A stretch of DNA of 49,512 nt from an uncultured Melioribacteraceae bacterium (GTDB lineage: Bacteria > Bacteroidota > Ignavibacteria > Ignavibacteriales > Melioribacteraceae). Each line of letters begins with the position of its first letter. Position 1 is the stretch's first letter. The position numbers and the translations under genes were made by a program. Below, piece by piece: positions 45,968 through 49,512 of this stretch. Under the pieces are notes generated by a model. The model saw only the letters and a program-made list of their open reading frames with translations, made no database searches and was not told the origin of the DNA. Where the stretch lies: positions 1,770 through 51,281 of the forward strand of contig CAYNUJ010000001.1 of NCBI GenBank assembly GCA_964400095.1, given 5' to 3'.

Positions 45968-47251
45968 TTGGAAACCGATTGGTTTTTTAGATTTATTCTT
46001 TTATTTATTAGTTTAATATTTTCCGCACTTTTTTCCGGTTCGGAAGTTAGTCTTTTTTCTTTGGAAAAAAAGACGGGAAAAGTAAACGACGAAAATTCAT
46101 CCCGAATTGATTCGTATATAGAAAAACTATTAGAATCTCCGAGAAGATTGTTAGTTACAATTCTTATAGGCAATACTGTGTTTAATGTGCTTGCCTCAAT
46201 TGTATCGGTTACTTTAGCAATTCAAATAGCAGGTCATTACGGCTGGGAAGTTGATATCGCTCTAATTTCCCAAATAATATTAATTACTATTCTTATTTTA
46301 ATATTCGGCGAAATAACACCGAAAGTCTGGGCGTCTAAATATCCTTATGCGTTCTCAAAGATTATTGCCGTACCTCTTTATTGGATAAGCGTTATTCTAT
46401 ATCCAATAGCAAAAATATTAACGGACGTAATCCGCTCCAGCGCGTCGAAATTTAAATACGACAAGCGAAAATCGGTTTTATTATCTTCGGACTTAAAGGA
46501 ATTAGCCGATTTGGGAATTGAAGCGGGAACTCTTGAGGAGGACGAGCACGAATTGATTTCCGGTTTGGTATCGTTCAAAAAAGTTACCGCGAGGGAAGTA
46601 ATGACGCCGAGAGTTGATATTACGTCTATCTCAATCGATTCCCAATTTGACGAAGCGCTGAATATCATAAATGAATCCGGGCACAGCAGAATTCCGGTTT
46701 ACAAAGAAAGTCTGGACAATATTTTGGGAATATTGTACGCGAAAGACCTGCTTCCTTTCTTAGGAAGCGGCGGAGAAACAAAGCTATCCCTTCCGAAGAT
46801 TGTCCGTAAAGCTTATTTCATCCCTGAAACCAAACTTATCAGCGATTTGATGCGCGAATTCCAAGAAAGAAATATTCACGTTGGCATTGTAGTTGACGAA
46901 TACGGCGGAACTTCCGGTTTGATATCGTTCGAAGATATTATTGAGGAGATTGTCGGAGAAATCCGCGACGAATATGATAAAGAGGAAAATGAAATTATAA
47001 ATATCTCTGAAAATTCTTTTATCGTATTAGGTAAAACCGACGTGGCATTGCTGAACGAAGAAATCGGAACGGATCTCGACGCAGACAACGACGAATACGA
47101 TACCCTCGGCGGATTCATTTTTAACTATGCGGGAGAAATTCCTACCGTTAATTATTCCTTTGAATATGAAGGATTTAAATATACAGTTAAGGAAATTGTG
47201 AATAAACGTATAAACAGAGTTTTAGTGGAGAAAATAATTAGTAATGATTAA
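45968..47251 (+). CDS. CNNM/HlyC/CorC family protein, GldE-like by gene context
   Basis: DUF21 TM region, AREVMTPRVDI, a CBS pair and a CorC_HlyC C-terminus. It lies directly downstream of ssb, an arrangement I recall for gldE in Flavobacterium. Confidence 0.8.
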   Translation: METDWFFRFILLFISLIFSALFSGSEVSLFSLEKKTGKVNDENSSRIDSYIEKLLESPRRLLVTILIGNTVFNVLASIVSVTLAIQIAGHYGWEVDIALISQIILITILILIFGEITPKVWASKYPYAFSKIIAVPLYWISVILYPIAKILTDVIRSSASKFKYDKRKSVLLSSDLKELADLGIEAGTLEEDEHELISGLVSFKKVTAREVMTPRVDITSISIDSQFDEALNIINESGHSRIPVYKESLDNILGILYAKDLLPFLGSGGETKLSLPKIVRKAYFIPETKLISDLMREFQERNIHVGIVVDEYGGTSGLISFEDIIEEIVGEIRDEYDKEENEIINISENSFIVLGKTDVALLNEEIGTDLDADNDEYDTLGGFIFNYAGEIPTVNYSFEYEGFKYTVKEIVNKRINRVLVEKIISND

Positions 47252-47612
47252 AGGATGTTCTAAAATATTTTTTTTCGGAATAATTATTTCCGCTGCGGTT
47301 TATTACTTTATTGCAGAATACGAAATGGATAATATCATCGGCATGAAGGAGCGCTTGAAAACAAAGTTGGTTGATGAAACAATAGCCGGTATAAAAGAAC
47401 GGCTGGCTGATGTTGAAATTAAATCGGATAAAATTGACACTGAGGGAATTGTTGATTTTGTCGCAGATAACCTGCCGAAAGTGGATACAAAATTCATTGA
47501 GGATTTTTATTCGGAATTCAGTAAATTTATATCCGATAAAGCGCTCGATTCACAGGAAATTGAAAAATTAAAAAAATTATTTGAGAATTATGAAAAATCA
47601 GCGTCGAACTGA
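47244..47612 (+). CDS. Small membrane-anchored acidic coiled-coil protein, function unknown
   Basis: One N-terminal TM (IFFFGIIISAAVYYFIA). Overlaps both neighbouring genes. Confidence 0.5.
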   Translation: MIKGCSKIFFFGIIISAAVYYFIAEYEMDNIIGMKERLKTKLVDETIAGIKERLADVEIKSDKIDTEGIVDFVADNLPKVDTKFIEDFYSEFSKFISDKALDSQEIEKLKKLFENYEKSASN

Positions 47613-48504
47613 AATACGTGTAGGAATACTTGTTGTAATCTCGATAATTGTTATGCTTTGGGTTATCGGCTGGGCAAAGAATATATCCTTATTTCAAGAT
47701 GAAATTCGTCTTAAGGTTCGGTTCGACAATGTAGCCGGATTAAGCGACGGAGATCAAGTTTCCGTGAACGGGGTAAAAAGAGGCTTTGTTGAGTCCATTG
47801 AAAATGAAGGAAATGATGTGCTTGTTACGCTTAATTTCAACGGAGATTTAGAACTCCGCGAGGATGCCGGTTTTTCTATTATGATGCTCGATTTAATGGG
47901 GGGTAAAAAGGTTGAGGTTTCCCCGGGGTCGTCTCAAAATAAAATTGATTTCTCTAAGATCCAAACCGGTAAATTCAAGGGCGACATTTCCACCGCTATG
48001 GCGGCGTTAAGTTCGGTTCAAACGGATCTTATTGACGCGGTGAAGGAATTGAAAATAACTTTGAGCGGAATAAATAATCTTGTTGGAGATAAGGAATTCA
48101 GGGATCAGCTTAGAATGGGATTGAGTAATTTCACTAAAGCCGCTGGGGCGCTCAATTTGCTGATTGAAAACAATAAAAATTCAATTGCATCGCTTATTGA
48201 AAATTCCAGCCAATTAACAAAAACAGCGGATAAAGCCATTCATTCCGGAATGCGGTCTTTGGATTCGCTGATAATGGAAAGCAGGGAAGCATTAAGCGAT
48301 TCGCGCGGATTGATTAAATCAATTTCGGACTTACTCGGAGAAACCACTGCGGGAAAGAACAACGCCGGGAAACTTCTTTACGACGAAAAGTTAATGAATC
48401 ATTTGAAATCGTCAATCGAACGCTTAAATAAACTGACAAAGTTATTGATTGAACAGCTTCGGGAAGACGGAATTAACGTCGATGCTAATATCGATCTTTT
48501 TTAA
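47590..48504 (+). CDS. MlaD/MCE-domain protein
   Basis: RRTEIRVGILVVISIIVMLWVIGW anchor, then VRFDNVAGLSDGDQVSVNGVKRGFV (MCE domain) and a long helical C-terminus. ATG at 47590 is preferred over TTG at 47581. Confidence 0.8.
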   Translation: MKNQRRTEIRVGILVVISIIVMLWVIGWAKNISLFQDEIRLKVRFDNVAGLSDGDQVSVNGVKRGFVESIENEGNDVLVTLNFNGDLELREDAGFSIMMLDLMGGKKVEVSPGSSQNKIDFSKIQTGKFKGDISTAMAALSSVQTDLIDAVKELKITLSGINNLVGDKEFRDQLRMGLSNFTKAAGALNLLIENNKNSIASLIENSSQLTKTADKAIHSGMRSLDSLIMESREALSDSRGLIKSISDLLGETTAGKNNAGKLLYDEKLMNHLKSSIERLNKLTKLLIEQLREDGINVDANIDLF

Positions 48505-48525
48505 TCCCTTCAGAGAAATATAAAA

Positions 48526-48906
48526 ATGGTTTTTGGAATAGGCATTGACATAATTGAAATAGAAAGAATCGCAAGCAGCGTTGAAAAATTCGGGGATAAG
48601 TTCTTGAATAAAATATTTACCGAAGGAGAGCTGGAATACTGTTTAAGCAAAAAAAATAAAGCGCAGCATCTCGCGGCTCGTTTTGCCGCTAAGGAAGCTA
48701 TTTCCAAAGCTTTAACTACAGGATGGAACGCCGATTTCAGATGGAAAGACGTTGAAATTTACAACGAAAAGAGCGGTCTGCCGAGGGTCAGATTATTAGG
48801 TAAATTGAACTCGTTTATCGGCGATGATAAAGAACTGAAAATATCTATGAGCCATTCGGATAATTATGTTACCTGCGTAGCTATTTTATACACTAAACTA
48901 AAATAA
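48526..48906 (+). CDS. acpS: Holo-[acyl-carrier-protein] synthase
   Basis: GIGIDIIEIERI, RFAAKEAISKAL, and a size of 126 aa. Confidence 0.9.
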   Translation: MVFGIGIDIIEIERIASSVEKFGDKFLNKIFTEGELEYCLSKKNKAQHLAARFAAKEAISKALTTGWNADFRWKDVEIYNEKSGLPRVRLLGKLNSFIGDDKELKISMSHSDNYVTCVAILYTKLK

Positions 48907-48978
48907 AACCGCAAATCTATCAACAATTGCGTTTCACTTACGATAATAAATATTACTAAGCCATATTATCGAGAAAAA

Positions 48979-49245
48979 ATGCCGGCGAGAATTGAAAATA
49001 TTATTATTAAATGTCCTTTATGCCTTATGCCGCATAATTACAGACTGAAAGTATATTTAAGAATGTTAAATATTAAAGTTCCGAAATTCAGAGACTCGGA
49101 AAAAGTGCAGGTTAAAATATCTCTCCAATGTCCGGGTTTAAAAGAATCTTTCGATACAAGAATACCGATCGTTTTTTCAAGAAATGAAAGAATTGAACGC
49201 GTTGAGCCTAAAGGGTTTAATCTGAATATCACAAAAATCGGCTGA
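48979..49245 (+). CDS. Hypothetical small protein
   Basis: An 88-aa ORF that is AT-rich and has a CPLC pair near the N-terminus. No recognisable family, and the coding status is uncertain. Confidence 0.35.
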   Translation: MPARIENIIIKCPLCLMPHNYRLKVYLRMLNIKVPKFRDSEKVQVKISLQCPGLKESFDTRIPIVFSRNERIERVEPKGFNLNITKIG

Positions 49246-49324
49246 TAGGCGGCAAAAAGCTGAATCCCACTCCTTTAATTATTAAATCAATAAAATTATA
49301 ACTGTATAGCCGGCAGTTAAAAAA

Positions 49325-49386
49325 GTTATAGGGGTATAAAGGTATAATGGGATATGTCTTGGACAGAAACGGTTAAGAGAAAAAAT
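49325..49386 (+). repeat. Dispersed repeat module 1 (copy D)
   Basis: GTTATAGG GGTATAAA GGTATAAT GGGATATG TCTTGG acagaaacGGTTaagagAAAAAA. Confidence 0.7.
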
Positions 49387-49440
49387 ATAGCGATAATAGT
49401 GTGGAGCGCAGAGGAGTCCGACACAAATCTTCTTCCGAGC

Positions 49441-49479
49441 GTCATTCTGAACCCGACGACGAAGTCGGGAGAAGAATCT
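49441..49479 (+). repeat. Dispersed repeat module 2 with a CCCGAC/GTCGGG hairpin (copy D)
   Basis: gtcattctgaa CCCGAC gacgaa GTCGGG agaagaatct. Module 1 lies about 85 nt upstream, close to the roughly 90 nt spacing in copy A. Confidence 0.8.
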
Positions 49480-49512
49480 GCCGCGCTATTCAAAATGAAA
49501 CTGAATTGGTTG

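Noticed and set aside
48942-48972. The hairpin CGATAATA...TATTATCG after acpS, considered as a terminator.
   Set aside because: The stem is AT-rich, the loop is 15 nt, and it is followed by an A-run rather than a T-run on the acpS strand.
49353-49512. An open frame from ATG 49353 to the window end (MSWTETVKRKNIAIIVWSAEESDTNLLPSVILNPTTKSGEESAALFKMKLNWL).
   Set aside because: It starts inside the octamer repeat and reads straight through the GTCATTCTGA palindromic unit, so it is most likely a by-product of the repeats. A real gene might begin at the ATG at 49495, but that cannot be judged from 18 nt.

Overview
This 49.5 kb window looks like a chromosomal segment from an AT-leaning bacterium of the Fibrobacteres-Chlorobi-Bacteroidetes (FCB) superphylum, probably Ignavibacteriota-like. 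The placement is an inference from three things. At least three secreted proteins end in the T9SS type-A sorting domain (NYPNPFNP...KKMxLxK). Shine-Dalgarno (SD) sites of the GGAGG type are strong. There is also ssb followed by a gldE-like gene, and an EFG-II type EF-G paralog.

Most of the window is tightly packed housekeeping operons:
- maf, icd, EF-G paralog, HIT, glycerate kinase
- thyA-folA-mutL
- methylmalonyl-CoA mutase catalytic subunit
- tgt-yajC, speB, ispE
- three tandem GT9 glycosyltransferases
- NFACT/RqcH-like protein, POT peptide transporter, ssb, mlaD, acpS

I saw no rRNA, tRNA, CRISPR array, transposase or integrase.

The parts worth a second look are:
1. A 1311-aa protein combining TPR repeats, an unassigned domain and three tandem CbxX/SpoVK-type AAA+ modules.
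2. A family of composite, hairpin-rich intergenic repeats at four loci: tandem GGTATANN octamers with a conserved flank, a GTCATTCTGA...GAAGAATCT palindromic unit carrying a variable CCCGAC hairpin, and a nested CGCAAAG hairpin element.
3. A strongly AT-rich islet holding a HepT/MntA toxin-antitoxin pair plus a T9SS cargo gene.
4. A T9SS cargo cluster at the 5' end. It includes a partial CDS missing from the ORF track, and near-identical translation-initiation leaders that contain a DnaA-box-like TTATCCACA.
5. A YtxH-DUF948-EFG-II operon.

All functional calls rest on motif recognition by eye. No database search was run.
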